Shown: positions 34,402 to 48,800 of the stretch, one piece after another | Layout of the letters: every line of letters starts with the position of its first letter | Numbering within the stretch: the stretch's first letter is position 1 | NCBI GenBank assembly: GCA_964035545.1 | Contig: OZ037768.1 | Span: 9,146,741-9,210,740 of the forward strand | DNA length: 64,000 nt | Reading direction: 5' to 3' | Source of the DNA: Bugula neritina | Taxonomy: Eukaryota > Animalia > Bryozoa | The notes under the pieces: generated by a model | Databases searched by the model: none | What the model saw: the letters and a program-made list of their open reading frames with translations, nothing else | What the model was told of the DNA's origin: nothing | Position numbers and translations under genes: made by a program

Positions 34402-37400
34402 TTAAACTTAGTCCTACTGGTACTTGGTAAGGTGACACGAGCCAGTTTTTGAGGCAGATAAGTGGTATGCAAGCTGTACACAGAAGAGAGTTGATCTAGT
34501 TTTTTATGAGAAATAAGTTTCTGTTCTCTATCTTCCCACAGCTTCACTGAATCGTATGCAGAGTTGAGCTTTATGGTACAGCATGCTTCGTCAATTACAT
34601 CCCTTCTCTACAAGAATTTTATCTGAAAGTTTTAGCTGCTATAAACTTATAAGCAGCTCAAATGAGATAGTCAAAAGAAGAAACAGAAAGTTAAAAAAAT
34701 AGAAACAGCCAATCATGTGGAAGGAATTTAAAAAGATAACGAAAAGTAGTATATCATACTGTCTTTGATTTATAACTGTAATAATGCTACATCCAATTTG
34801 TCACATAACCACTAACGAACACTAAACCACATAACATTATTTATTATCTTATATTTTCTTTTGTTTCACTAGGTTTGGGCCTTATCTATTAATTTTGCTT
34901 TATATTTTATTGCCTAAAAACAGTTTACTTTTACCAAATCAGTCATAGTGAGGGTTAAATAACATTTTTCCCCGTCTTGATTGCTTTGATGTACAGAAAA
35001 CCTATTTTTATTTATATATGACTAAAATTGTCACACCGGATTAGCTATAATTAATAATAATAAGAGGTTCTACAATTACAGACTGTAATTAAATGCACTA
35101 AATCTAATTTGGGTGTGATAACTGACGTGTAAAAAATTTTTACCCAGCCTGTAAGTAACACTTCTAGGTTAAGCTACCTAAATTAGAAAATAGTTTACAG
35201 GCTTAAAGAATCCATGACACACTTAATTTATGCAGCATTAAAATATTCTTACATTATATAGGCTATATTAACTTTCATCTGTATACTGTTTTAGGATTGT
35301 GTGCTCAACCAGTTTAGCTTTACAATAAATTTTATAATAAAATCCTAGAACAGTATGTAGATAAAAGCTAACAAATATAAGAATACTTGAATGCTGTGCC
35401 ACAGATTCTTTAAAAGAAACTCACAGAACCAGAGCTATCAAACAATTAATGGTTGAAAAGTATGAGAGAGTTTTGAATGTAGTCTAACCAAAAAAAACAT
35501 TATATTTATTTAGGTTTAAAACCTTTCCAAAGGAATCTATTAATCGATATGTGTCAAAACTCAGAATTCTAGAATGTAACTATATGTAAAACATTTATCA
35601 GCAAATTGTAATTACTTCTTTTGATCAACTTGCCAAGTATTCAAACAGGAGATGTCTTTTACTTTGTAAATGAATATAATCTTAAAATGATAAACTAACT
35701 TTAGGGAGTGAAAATTTTTAGGAAAGTCCAACAGTGAAATTGTAATATTGTAATGATGGTCTATTGAAAAATATCTATGTTTTGCATACAGTAAGTTTTA
35801 GGTTTTTATGGGCAGAATTAACAAGGTATGAGGCACGCTTAACCTGATCAGTATGCAGTCTAACTGTCAGCACTTTAAATAAATTGTTTCCAAGAAAAAC
35901 TTACCAGAGCATGAGAATTTGCAACATTTGCCCAGCCAAGCTTGTCTGGTAACACACCATGTTGCAATTCTAGTTTTCCAACACTTGCATTATAAACTTC
36001 CGATAAACTAGGGGGTGTGTTTTCTAAGCTAGAGACTATCGGTGGGAGTTTTACATGTTCTTGCGAAAATGAACAGACAGGTCTCTCTGAAACACAGGAT
36101 CAAACTGTTATAGCACATTGTACAGTTACAGTAGGTACACCATTGTAGTGTAACAGCTTAAAAGAAATTAAAACTTATGCAATTAACTAAAAACTGTCAC
36201 ACGGAATTTTGACTGTGTGATGTACCCACTGCAACAACCAACAAATTAATCTTTGCATAAAATCTTCAACAAGAAATGAAGCCTGTCTTACAATCAATAA
36301 TCTTGATTCATAGACTTAATTAACCTAAATAAATAGTGTTAGGGTAAATATATGATCAGTGAAGTATTGCACCTACAGACATTATTTTTGTCTCAAAAAC
36401 CTTGGGCTGGTAGTTAAGTTCAATTAACAGCAGAGTCAGTCTGGAGTAAAATGTATAAAATCTAGTAAACAAGAGAGATGTGCAGAAGTTAAGGCTCTTG
36501 GCACAACTTCACAAAGTGATATGTATTTCATTCACATATATTTTAGCATTACTATATTGTGATACAATAATATTACTTGGAGATCTATAGGGATGATCAG
36601 ACAAAGTATAAGAATCTTGTTTTTCTCCTCGATACTGAGTGTCCAACAGGGGAGCTAATTTCTTAGTAGGGTCTTTGGGTTTGGGCCACATCGGCATGGC
36701 ATTGTAGCAGACTGTCTTAACTGCAAGGTTTACACAAAGCACTGAGCATAAATGAGGTAAATTGTAAAACTGGTAGAGTGAATCATGAAGACATGTGGAT
36801 AAGATAACTATAATTCATCTTTTTTCCAAAAGCTATATAAATTAAGCTTTTACTTCCACCTGCACGTGTCTAAATACTTGATGAGGTATAAGATTTGTAA
36901 ACCACATTGATAATGGATTAAGGTTCAACCGATATGCATATTGCTACTTGCTGTACATATTATATATCAGGTATGCAGGTCTTGTGCCAGGTACATTAAC
37001 CCCTGTCACAAGTTTAACATATTTTCATAACAAGACTAAGCCAACTGTCGGCTACTGGCAGAATATTTTCCTGACCAGTTATTGTTAATGACCAATGCAT
37101 AGGAGTCAAGTGAAAATAAATATAAACTTAATGTAGGCTTACAGACTTATGATGTAAAAATTATTTCCTCACAAAGGCTGTGCAAGTAGTAGACAATGTG
37201 CTTATGACTGTGTTATAGACAAAGTAAAACTAAATATTTAACTAGCCGAACAAAAGAAAAGTGAGGAGACGTACCTAAATGATGTAACTTCCTGTCATAA
37301 AATAATGATCCTTCAAAGAACATTTGGGAAAGAACCATTCCTTGTTTATTCAGCTTTTGAAGAATGTGCTACAAAATTATCTATTCAACAGCCAAATCAT

Positions 37401-40400
37401 AAGCTATGAAACAAGTTAGTAGATAATGAGAAGCAAGCAATGCTTTCCTGTACTTTTTGAAATTCTTCCAATCTCATTTTTATTTGGGATGAACAAAAGT
37501 AAAATTGGGTCAAAAACAAAATCACTGTAATTACAACCGATCTCCTAAAAATAAAGTTATATGATACTTTTATATGCATGAGAAATTGAAAGCAGAGTTC
37601 TTTTAGCAACTAACAGTTTTCTAAATGCCTGCTATCAAATCACCTACAGTCCTACACAGTTAAAGCAGAAATTAGAGTTGTAAACCCGAATTTTTATCTT
37701 GCATAATACTAAATTTAGTAGTACACAACCCGGTTATTTTATTTTATTCCATTATATGTAGTGTTAGCTTTGAGCCAGGCAATCTAATTTATGCTAGTGC
37801 TAATTTGTAATACATGACTTGCATTAGGATAAAAAGCATTTATATTAGAGTTTAGACACTAAAATTTACCAGGGCATATCTGGTGCCAGCACCAGTACTT
37901 CTATTTTCTATCCCATGGCCTGTGTTCTCAGATCTAACCAAACTGTCGGTACCTTGATGACAGAATATATTTGGCAGGTTCAAGGCCATAGAGCGTTTGA
38001 CAGGAACACTTGAGAATGATGGCTTACTCAACGAGCTGATGGCTTGAAAGAAGCTGCTACTTTGAGCATGTTTTGCATATTTGTTATATGCATCCGTCAT
38101 GCCGTCTTTAAACTCAAAACTTTGAGTGACTTCATTAAAGCTGAAAAAGAAAGTAAAACTGGCAATTAGGCACTAGGTTTGCTGTTTCAAATATTCTTTG
38201 CAAATCTATCATAAGCTACACACAAGTAAATGCTTTTGAACTCAATAAGTTATGAGGAAAGTGTGAAATGTTTAAGAGTTGTGCACTCTTTGCAATGCCT
38301 TTTAGTAACTAATCAGCCTCATACAACATATTTTCTATCAGTGATGTTTCAAAAGACAAAGTCAAACTCTGCCTAAAGAAATTTTTATCATTATATTATA
38401 TAATCTGATAATTAGCTTTGAAATTTTTTAACCTAAAAACCAAAGTATCTGTTAGGATGAGTGATCCTTCATTTCTATGAAAAGATCATTATTTGAAGAG
38501 TGACTAATGGCTGCAATGAGAGTCTGAGTGTAACACCCCTTCTGAAGACTCCAGCCAGCCATTATACCTCCTTATAAAATTTAAAAATAATCCTTGTACT
38601 CTGCAGAGAGCTGATATGTTCTCTATATAAAAGTTAAGGTCAGTTAGTAAGAGCTGTTTTCCAGCAAATTTAACTCACAACTTTCAAATAAAACACATTC
38701 TCAGTATTTGTATATCTGCATTTGAATCTAATATTGTTATAATTTTGAGGTTACAAAAATATATGATAATAATAAAAGTATTGAAAGCTTTACAAAACCA
38801 GTTATTGCAATGTACAAAAATTCTGCAATGGGTCTGATTGCCACAGCTACGTGAGATACTGTAGAAAATGGTCAATGTATTTTAGCCACTGCACCATTCA
38901 GGACATATAATTGGTAAGTAAGTAATAAATGAGTTGCTACAGCTGTATATTGTATGATGCTGTGCGTATAGCATAAACACATTTCATAAAATGTGTAAAA
39001 ATTCAAAGTATGTATTAGCAGATAAAGCAAAAAACTCTCTATTAACAATTTTTCGACTTTCTGTAGAAACTAAAAAATATTGCAAGACATATAAAGGAAA
39101 AAGATAAGAAAAAATAATATTGACAGAGAACCTGGTAGAAGTGTTTTTAAAAGCAATGATGATTACCTGGGTTTTAAACACGTTCCTGCTGGCCAGAGAG
39201 GAGACAACTTTGCTTTGTTGATAATATGTATTCCATTACAGATGGATTCCAGCACAGTATGATCTAAACCAAGTAGGGAGGTGCAGAACATTCTGTTTAC
39301 CCCCTTTTCTAATAACTGCATCATTCCATTCTCATCATAGTCACCATGGTTACTGATAATGTTAGATCTTTCACATTGTCTTACGAATGCATTTTTCTCC
39401 TGTCAAATAGTATGTAAGAAATATACATGGTTTTTATATCAACTAGGAATTGATAAACGTAAACAAATGCATAAAAAGATAAAAAAGTTATTTGTGTAAA
39501 AATAATATACATGTACTTATGTCAAGAAAATGTTATATTACCAACGGCAATCTGTGACCTTGATGGAAACACATTTCTGATATGGCAATAAATGTGACAG
39601 CATGGCAAGATGTAAATGCGGCAGCTGTGTCAGCAAGGATGGTATCACGGAACCCATCTACAGCAACATTATTTATACTTTTCAAAAGGTAATAAATATA
39701 CAAACTATAATATATAGAATATAGTATAATACAGAATATTGGCGGAAAAATTTTCTCCATTCACTGATAAAAGAGTATGCTGACTAGAGTAGCTACTGCT
39801 TCAAGCTACATAAGAAAACATATTTATTTCTCCTTTTGTTTCTTTGATTCTTAATAAGTAATAGTGGTGACTGTTCCAGGTATTATTCTGCCAACTACTA
39901 TGAAATGATTACCTGTGCATCCATGCTGTAAATTATTTACCAGGAACTTTAACAGATTACCACAGACTTACTTTTAGACAAATCAAGAATCACCCCAACT
40001 CTCTTCAAAGGCTACAACTTGCAAACAGTTCCACAAAGACAAGACCAGCTGATTATTATCTGAAGGAGAAAACAGACGATCAAAGAGCTTACCACCAAGT
40101 GATTGCAGATATATCTCAGTGAGGTAGAACACTGCAAACAGGTCTGTGAAACAAAGAAACCCATCTTTGTTTAAATCCAGCTCTCTTAAAATTTTCCTGC
40201 CAATGGTGTTGGAGTACGGCTTGTTGAATGCCTCACTCAGCAAAGTGCATAATTCCTCAACAGTAATGAAGCACGACTCAGATTTGTTGATGGCCAGAAA
40301 TATCTTAACAAAAACATGAACTTATAAATGTTATTGCATTTCAACAGTTTGATGCTTATAGATTTCGCAATGTAACCTAATTATAAATGGGAATAAATTT

Positions 40401-43400
40401 TACAGCATGCTCTGGTTAGCAAAAAAAGCTTGTGAATTTCATTGGAAAGAAGCTATGCTTATCATTGAAGGTTGCTTTATATGAAAATAAAAAAGTTTGT
40501 ATAGCCAAACCCCTCCTCAGTTGAAGTTTCCAAACAGTTAATGGAGTTTTGGTAGATAAGGTTTTTAGGCAGAAAAGCAATATATGCTAACGTGCGTTAC
40601 ATTAAAACTTTGGTAGTAATAGTAATCCATAATTGTTTTCTATACTATTGTAGTGATTGTCAAAACAAAAAAGAACAAGAAAAGTTTTTTTTTAACTTTA
40701 CTACAACAGTTAATGATAACTCAAAATAAACATAATATACATACAAACATTACCACATGTCATATTATATCTCTGTAATTAAAATTTAACGAATAATCCA
40801 GAAAACTAAAGTTTTACTGAATGCTTCAGAGAGTAGGAATGATTTCTCAAGAATTCTGTTGTACTTAGAACAGTTAGGAAAATATGTAGCATACTGTTTG
40901 CAGAAGATGTAACTCCTCTGATGAAAGCTCATCAATGAGGTCATCTAAAAAAGCCATTCGCTCAATAGTCAGTCTCTCCTCTTGTGATACCTGCATGGAG
41001 AAATAATTGTTGATATTAAAAGGATACAAACTGATAACTACAGTAACCTTACGACATTTGATGACCTGAATTTTATTAAGGTCAGAAATACAACATCTAC
41101 AGAAACTTGACTTCTTTCACCAAAACATTTCTATTGAACACTAACTTGAAAAATACTTTGATTTAAAGTTGAGAGAGTTATTTTTTAAAATAAAATATTG
41201 TTGGTAGCCCTTCAATTCTTATAGTTGAGTCATCTAGGTTAGGGCAAAATAACTATGGTTCAATTTATAAATTCCATACCTGCCTATCATTTACCAACTT
41301 TCTTAGCTTTTGCCAATCTACCTGAAAAGAGTAACAATGTAAGATAGTTAATAAATTGTTAAACAAAAAATAGAACATATAACAATTATTTGCTTGCATT
41401 TGAACAGTCTGTGAGGCTATAAAAATTAATTGCTTTGTGTTAACTATACTTTTTGTAATAGTTATAAGTATTATAAAAGCTAATCAATTATAATTTATTG
41501 AATTAATTTTGCTTATAGTTTTGAATTAGTTCCAATAAATTCTCGGAAACCTAGCTTATAATAGTCTAAAAGTCATTGAGAAAAAGCAGGGTGGCTACAG
41601 AAGCTTGGACAGCTAAACTTTTTCATCTGCTATACAGTACTTTTATGGCCGGTAAGCCTTAATAACACCAACTTTCCAATTCCTTAGAGTCTTTTTATAA
41701 CTAAAGATAAACTGAGAACTATGCTTATTAGTTGGCTAGAAGGTGATTTAAAGTTTATTGCTTGCATAGCTGTGGTTTAAACTGCTGTGAATATAAACAT
41801 TGTGATGAAACATTTTAGCAGGTAAAACAATCCTTATTAGTTTGAATGATGTGTTGTTTTATTAAATAAATCACACTAATTATTATACACAAGGACACAC
41901 TAATATATTTATCTATAATAATACAGCTCATAGAATAACTGTTGAAATGATTCCAAAGAACTTGAACGTTTAGGTGAAGCCAATCTTGTGTAACAGCAAT
42001 CTGGATTTCAGATGCTTTTTGGAATTATCACCCTTGCCGACGGTTGCTTCACACAAGGGAAGACAACTACAAATAAGAAAAGCATCTGAAATCCCGATTG
42101 AGTGACATTTTATTTTTGGTTTGAATGAACAGCACGTGACATGTTTTATAAAAATCTTGTTGAAACAACAGATAATCGCAAGAATAATAACTCGAAGTTA
42201 TTGGTGGTTTTAGGATAAGATATTTGCAGGCTACAGACAAATGTATATTTAAAAGAATTGGTGCCTAAGGCATAATTTTACAGTGCTTATTACAAGTTTG
42301 TTACTGATAAAACCTAGCAAGAAAGTCATTTTACAAGCAAAGATGTTATATTTGGAATACACAAGTGATATTGTATAGCCTTTCATGGATGTTAATCAAG
42401 ACAAATTAGGACAAACTTGCTAATTGTGTCTGCAATACATTAACCAGAGCAAGTCAATATTTCAATATTAACAAAGCTGTACCTTGCTTTCTCTAGTGGC
42501 GAGTTGAGAGATAGTAGATGATGAGCAAGAAGAACCCTCTCTATGACAGTTTTTCAGTTTAGTAAGATCTGCCTCCAGCTGCCTGAATCAGACACATTAC
42601 ATTCGTAAAGGCTTACAAATTGACTAGATTAAAAACATGTATTGAGATCATTTGTATCCGCACAATCATAAAAATATTTGAAAAATAGTATATAAAACAT
42701 GTTCAGATATGTCTAGATCGCCAGGTTATCAATACTAAAAAGTAATTAGGTCACTAAAATTGAGAGGATAAAGTAATATAACCCACTTTCTCTGAGAGGC
42801 TGATAAGCTATTTTTGCAGAGCACAGGCTCTTTCAGCAAAGAGACAAATTCTGCTTTAAAAGATGGCTTGCCAATAGGTTTGGTGTTCAAAGCATCTTGA
42901 ATGTTCAAATTGGCAATATTGTCCGGCCAAAGAGCTTCTCGCTTCATCAACTGATTATTGCAATAATTCAGTGCATCCTTCAGGTTTTGCTTCAAGTTTA
43001 CCTGTACTGTAAACATGAAACCTGTAGCAACAACCCATTTCAACAGCTTCTTTTCTGGCATCACGTAACTAGTCTTTCCTCTGATGGTACGTAAACTGGT
43101 GTGAACAAGTTCATTGATATGTGAAGATAACTCTTCGATGATGATATCAGGACTTCTTTCTTCAAGATGGACTTCCTTGTACACCGACCGAACGCCGTCG
43201 TCTATAAGCTTATATAGACTTATAACTGGTAGTTGCAGGACATCACCAGATGGAAGAGTTTTTTCTGTAGCCTCATCAGTTGAATAATCCATTGAATCTT
43301 CAAGACGACTGTCAGCTTCTATTATGTCGCATTGCATGCCAAAGTCTAAAGAACCTGCCAGTATGCAAAATAATTACCATCAGGAGAAATATTGTCTCTA

Positions 43401-45088
43401 TGAATTACATAGAGTGTATACTTTGTAGCGTATGAAATGTATATAATATTATGATTGCTACTGGCATGAGTTACTGTTCTGTTCAGAAATTTAAATGGAG
43501 GCATTAAATTTAGCTCATCGAGTGACTAGCTTAGCGTCGAGTGCAATTGTTAATAGCCAAATGATTAATTGGAAGGTTAAAAAAAATCGGACCATTATTT
43601 CTAGTGATAAGCAACATTCATACTGGCAAAAAATTATATAAACCTATTAAAATGTCTTTATACTATGTCTACTAATTACTATCAATTGGTTGCATTAATA
43701 AAATTTTAATATACAGCGCAGTATGTCAAACACCTCACCAGTTGTGCCATTTCGCTGTAAGTTCTGTGAAGGCCACTCATGAAACTTTGAACATGAGTAA
43801 AACGTTTGAGTGGCAGCATCTTTTCTAGCAATTCTAACCAGTAGAGACTGAGAAGGACTTAAAGATGCTGCTAATGAATTGATACCAGACGAGGGACTAG
43901 CAACAGTGACATTACCATACATGCACTGACAAACCATGGAATCTTTCATGCTTATATGTGCTGCAAATTTCAAGCATTCTAAATGGTTGAGATATGTTAC
44001 TCCAGCACTTAACTCTTCTAATTCAATTAGGGCAGCAAAATCGATATGTGTTGAACAATCATTGGTGTGAGGTTTCACATGTGATCTGGTGTGACCAGAG
44101 ACTGGATTTAGACCAAGACTTTTATCAAATTCAAGCAACTGAAAACAAAGTAAATATCCGGTGAAAATATAAGAATTAAGTTCCAAATCCAGTTTAGATT
44201 TTTGTAAACAAAGAGTTGTAAATCACAATATTCTGGCAAGTTCATAAAATATTCTCAATTTAAGGACCGTTGCATATATGCATTCATAGCTTTTTGCAAA
44301 AACAGTTAAAACTATTACATTATCTATTAGAGTATATTATAACCAAGTATAAAGAGCTTTGTAATGTTAGCTATAAATAATACAATCTTAATAAGTAATA
44401 AATTATTTGAGTGATTCATTGGAACTGCTATGCTTTACTCACACTATCACAGGAATACGAATCTTCCTTTGAAGGTGACTCTTCTATTGGAATAAGAGAG
44501 GAAGATCTTTGAGTTGCATAGAATTTTCTCTTGGAAGGAATGCCATCCACCTTATCCAACGTTTCTGCGCTCAGACGCTCACCAAAGAGTTTTTTCTGTA
44601 GTGGAGGCCTTGGAAGGTCTAGTAATAACCTCCCCATGTAGGACAAATCTGCCTCTTGCAGCTGAGAAATACGGCTTACATTACAGATAATTGCATTTTC
44701 AAAATAATATTCTAAGCTTTGGTAACAGTTTTTATTGTTGGAAACTACTTTTTTATCAATAATTTCTTTTCCAATTATATATATTTTTTAAATTTATGTG
44801 TAAATTGTTGTTCATTGTTTTACTAGGTATTACCTTATATAAGCGCTGTTCACTTAGCTGATTGTCCGATGCCGATTTTGAAACATTGGGTGTTTTTCTC
44901 TACAAGATAAAAGGTATTAAAATTTAGTTCACCAACAAGAAGTATACACTGTAGCAATAAAGACAAACAAATGGCAGAAAAAGTAGTGGCACAATTTTTG
45001 GTTGAATGCTATTTTTATATAATTGGTGGATCAATTTATCATTTTTTAGAAAGAATGTATCGATCCTTACCTTGATATTAGATTCCAT
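34402..45088 (-). CDS. Uncharacterised multi-exon protein with a calmodulin-like EF-hand pair; splicing of the middle exons uncertain
   Basis: First exon MESNIK (45071-45088). Further exons near 44834-44899, 44440-44661, 43736-44138, 42784-43354, 42483-42581, 40895-40991, 40000-40303, 37870-38140, 36575-36720, 35905-36087, 34402-34608. EF-hand region ELHLLQTIFLAINKSESCFITVEEL...ILRELDLNKDGFLCFTDL. Phases around 38.1-40.0 kb could not be reconciled, so this may be two genes. Confidence 0.55.
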
Positions 45089-45894
45089 TGTTTGCACTAC
45101 CTTTGGTTACATTATAGAAGAAGTTAAGTGAAGGAATTAGTGATGCATTTTCAATGCAAGCTTATAATACGAAAATAACAAAACTGGGCATCAAGATGTG
45201 ATGTCAGCAGTATTTGTGAATCAAAATCTAGTGAAATATCTCTGCCATCACTGCTCATTATGAAAGTTAATTAACCTTGACAATATTAGAGAGAACATAG
45301 GAATCAGCTTTGTGCACGATTACATTACACAATACAACCATGAGTCTGTAGTATACTGCTGCGTAATAATGATTTATTTTCACATTAAAATATTACATAA
45401 TTGTAAAACAGCATAATTTAATTTTATCTAAGAATAGCACACGAAATGTTGAACTAAAAATTGATTTAAGCACTTGGTGCTTCACATAATCTGTATATCA
45501 TATATGTATATATATAAAGTCGGAGAATTTTAAACAATAATCCAAATGAAATTTCTACAAAATCTCATACATACAATAATTCTTAATACACTGCTGTTAA
45601 AAACCAGTAATCTTAAAAAGCTTCATCAGTCATTATGCTAAGTTTGTCTTTGCATCCTTTTCTTAAGATTATGATTAAAAATCAGAAAAACATTACATTA
45701 AAATTTCGCTTATACATCAAATAATATCAATAGCAACTGCTAGGCAAGATTGTTCGTCTATCATAGACAGACACTTGAGTTTAAGACTAGAGAAACGGAG
45801 CACCTGTATTGATACTCAGTAAGTAATTAAATGTCCATCATTATCAATATACTTGCTTCAGATTCATTAAAGCCTCCATTAGTTAGTGAACTTG

Positions 45895-48800
45895 TTATTC
45901 ATAATCCAGCACTTTCTTGTGATAAAATAGCAAGTACCTAAAACATGTCACAAATTATAACAGTTATTAGCTGAAGCAATCTATATTGATGCGGAAACAA
46001 AAATGATAAAAATTTTCAAACTAAAAGCAACAATTCACCATGGATAGCCCGCTGCCTAAATACATTTCCCAATAACCTTCAGACCACTCATGCTATATTC
46101 AAGTTATATACATATATATTTAATAACATGTTATAAAATAATTATGATAAAATTTAACAATACAAATTTCTTCCCCTTAACAAACATGAAGTGTGTATCT
46201 TACATTCTGTAACTTTTATTTAAATGTTTGTTAGGCAAATTTTTAAACTAAAAGTTTTCTTGCAAGGAAATCTGAAATATACAAATTAAAAACTTAGCAT
46301 AAAATTGCAATATGAAGTGCAGGTGCAGACAACTACCATTAAAGCTTCAACTACATAATATTTGCAAGACATGAGCATGGTGGTGAAAAGTAATACAATA
46401 AATACTATAAATTTACTCACCCTTCACTGTTTAGAACCTCTTGTATAGTGCTCTTAGTAATTTGGTGGTCATCACATTTGAACCATGAAGACTGGCCTTG
46501 TTTAATGTAGTTAATATAATGTCCAGACTCTAGATTACCAATGTGATTCACTACTGCAAACAGTGTGTACCTGCAATAATATTACCTACTAAACACGGCA
46601 AACACAAACACGTTTATAATTTACTTTAGACATTACACTGCATTGAAACAAACTGTTTTCTAAAAAAGTACACATTCAAATAAAAAAATTGATGGATTTT
46701 CAGCACAGAGAACAAAATTTTCACACTATTTCGGTTCCACTCAGGAAAAACCTTCAAGAGATGTAATTTAGTACTCGACTTCTAAACTAAATGTATCTAG
46801 TAACCTGTACTGCTGATCATCAGTGACTATACATTCACCCATGTCATTGGTTTTACACCCGGACATAAATGGCGTCATATCCAATTCTTCGGTGAAGGAG
46901 ATCAACGTCTTTATCTTCTTATGATAGCCAATAGAATGCTCAAACCTCTACAAAATATCATTTGACAGCGAATTAAAAACCCGTACTTTGTAATACACAA
47001 CAGTTTATAATAAATAAACGAAAAACAATTTTTCAATTATTACTTCATTTATATAAATAAACTTATTTTTGAGTTTGAAGATGGATACAGTGGTATCTGA
47101 AATATGTTTACTTTATTTATATAAATAAATAAAACAGTAACTAAAAACGTTTTCCTTTATTTTTAATGAAATTGCTAGCCCGTAAAATATATTTAAATAG
47201 TCCATAAAATAAAACAAAGTTCGCCTGCAACATTAAAGCCTCTGCAACATCTATGAGTGTACACATTATGCTACACCACAACCCAACACTACAACCACAT
47301 GGATACTAACCTTGAGATGGAAACAGCAGACTATAGGAAGCCGTTTCATGGTAAGTCTCTTGGTGGACTCGCGATGCACAGTACACTGAGAGCATTTGAT
47401 CTTAGCAAAGCTGCCCAGATGTTCGTCTCTGGTAAACCTTTTCAGACAATCAAACAGAGACGTAGGCTCAGTGTAGCTGGGACTCAGCATAGCCGATCCT
47501 CCATTGCGCACACTATGCCCCATACCCAGGTCCAGCGAGATATCCCAAAATGGATCTATTGTTGTGGAGATGTTACTAAAATCCAACATAAAATTATTAA
47601 TATATTATAGACAAACAATTACTATATTACAACTCTTCAAAACTAATATTTATTAATCTGTTTCAAGAGTAGGATGAAGATTTTGCAGTAAAATTAAACA
47701 GTTGTCTCCTCTACACGTACTATATTGAGCCAATGCAGCTATTCTAGCTTTATTACTTGTATTCAACAGAAGTTATGCTATAATTCTACTATAAATTATA
47801 TATTATAATAAACTCACTGGCACTCCTGGCATGTTACGTCAGACTGAAGGGAACCTGTGAAGATTTGGTCTATAATACAGTTACAGCAGTTGGAGTTGTT
47901 GCTAGCAGCCCCATTGGTACCTGTGAAACAGAAATACGCATATTTCCATAAACCACGCAGATATCATGAATACAAAGCAATCACCAACGCACCACACCGA
48001 GAATTCACTATACCTTTACAATGTTGGTGAACTAAATCGAGTATTGCTATGAAGAATTCATGGGCGTCTTGCTGTTCATAGCCAGCTAGGTGTCTGGCGT
48101 GAGTCCATACTAAGTGTAGAAGTCTATACGGGATGTGAGGGGTACGAGAACCAGAGTAAAACTAGAAAACACATTGAAGTATATTTGGTAGATAACATAA
48201 AACTTGAACTTACAAAGAATCAGTTATTTAAAGCCAAGGTGAAACAACTCTAAAAAACACTGCTGTAACCTTAATCTATGTGATCCTTTTACATCGTGTG
48301 TACATGTGGAAAATATAAAATTTTTTGTCCTTTACTTTTTTATAAAGATCACCTGACTTAAATGTATTTGTAAAACTATTCCATCAATATGATAGGTGTC
48401 ATATAAAACAGCACTTCAAATTCTGCTGATGAGATTAAAACAAGTAGGTAACTAAAACCTGAAAAAATAAAATATAAAAAAGCTAAACACTGCATGTATT
48501 TGCAAGACAAAAACTTACCAAGATTTTGCAAATTCAGAATGTGAAGACAAAATATTAAAACAAAATTAGATTACAAAACATGCATTACTGCAAATTTATA
48601 TATAGCACTACACATACTAAGCTGTGGACGAGAAGAAATAGGTAAATGTGGTAAATTGTCCAACTCACCTCCTGAAATAGACGAGAGAGTTCACAGACAA
48701 GACATTGCTGAGTTTCAGCCATCATCTGACAGTTGTGTTTGTCGGAGAGAAAGAAGTCACGCAGTAACGGAGTGTGAGTGAGGGCCTGCACTATGCAGCT

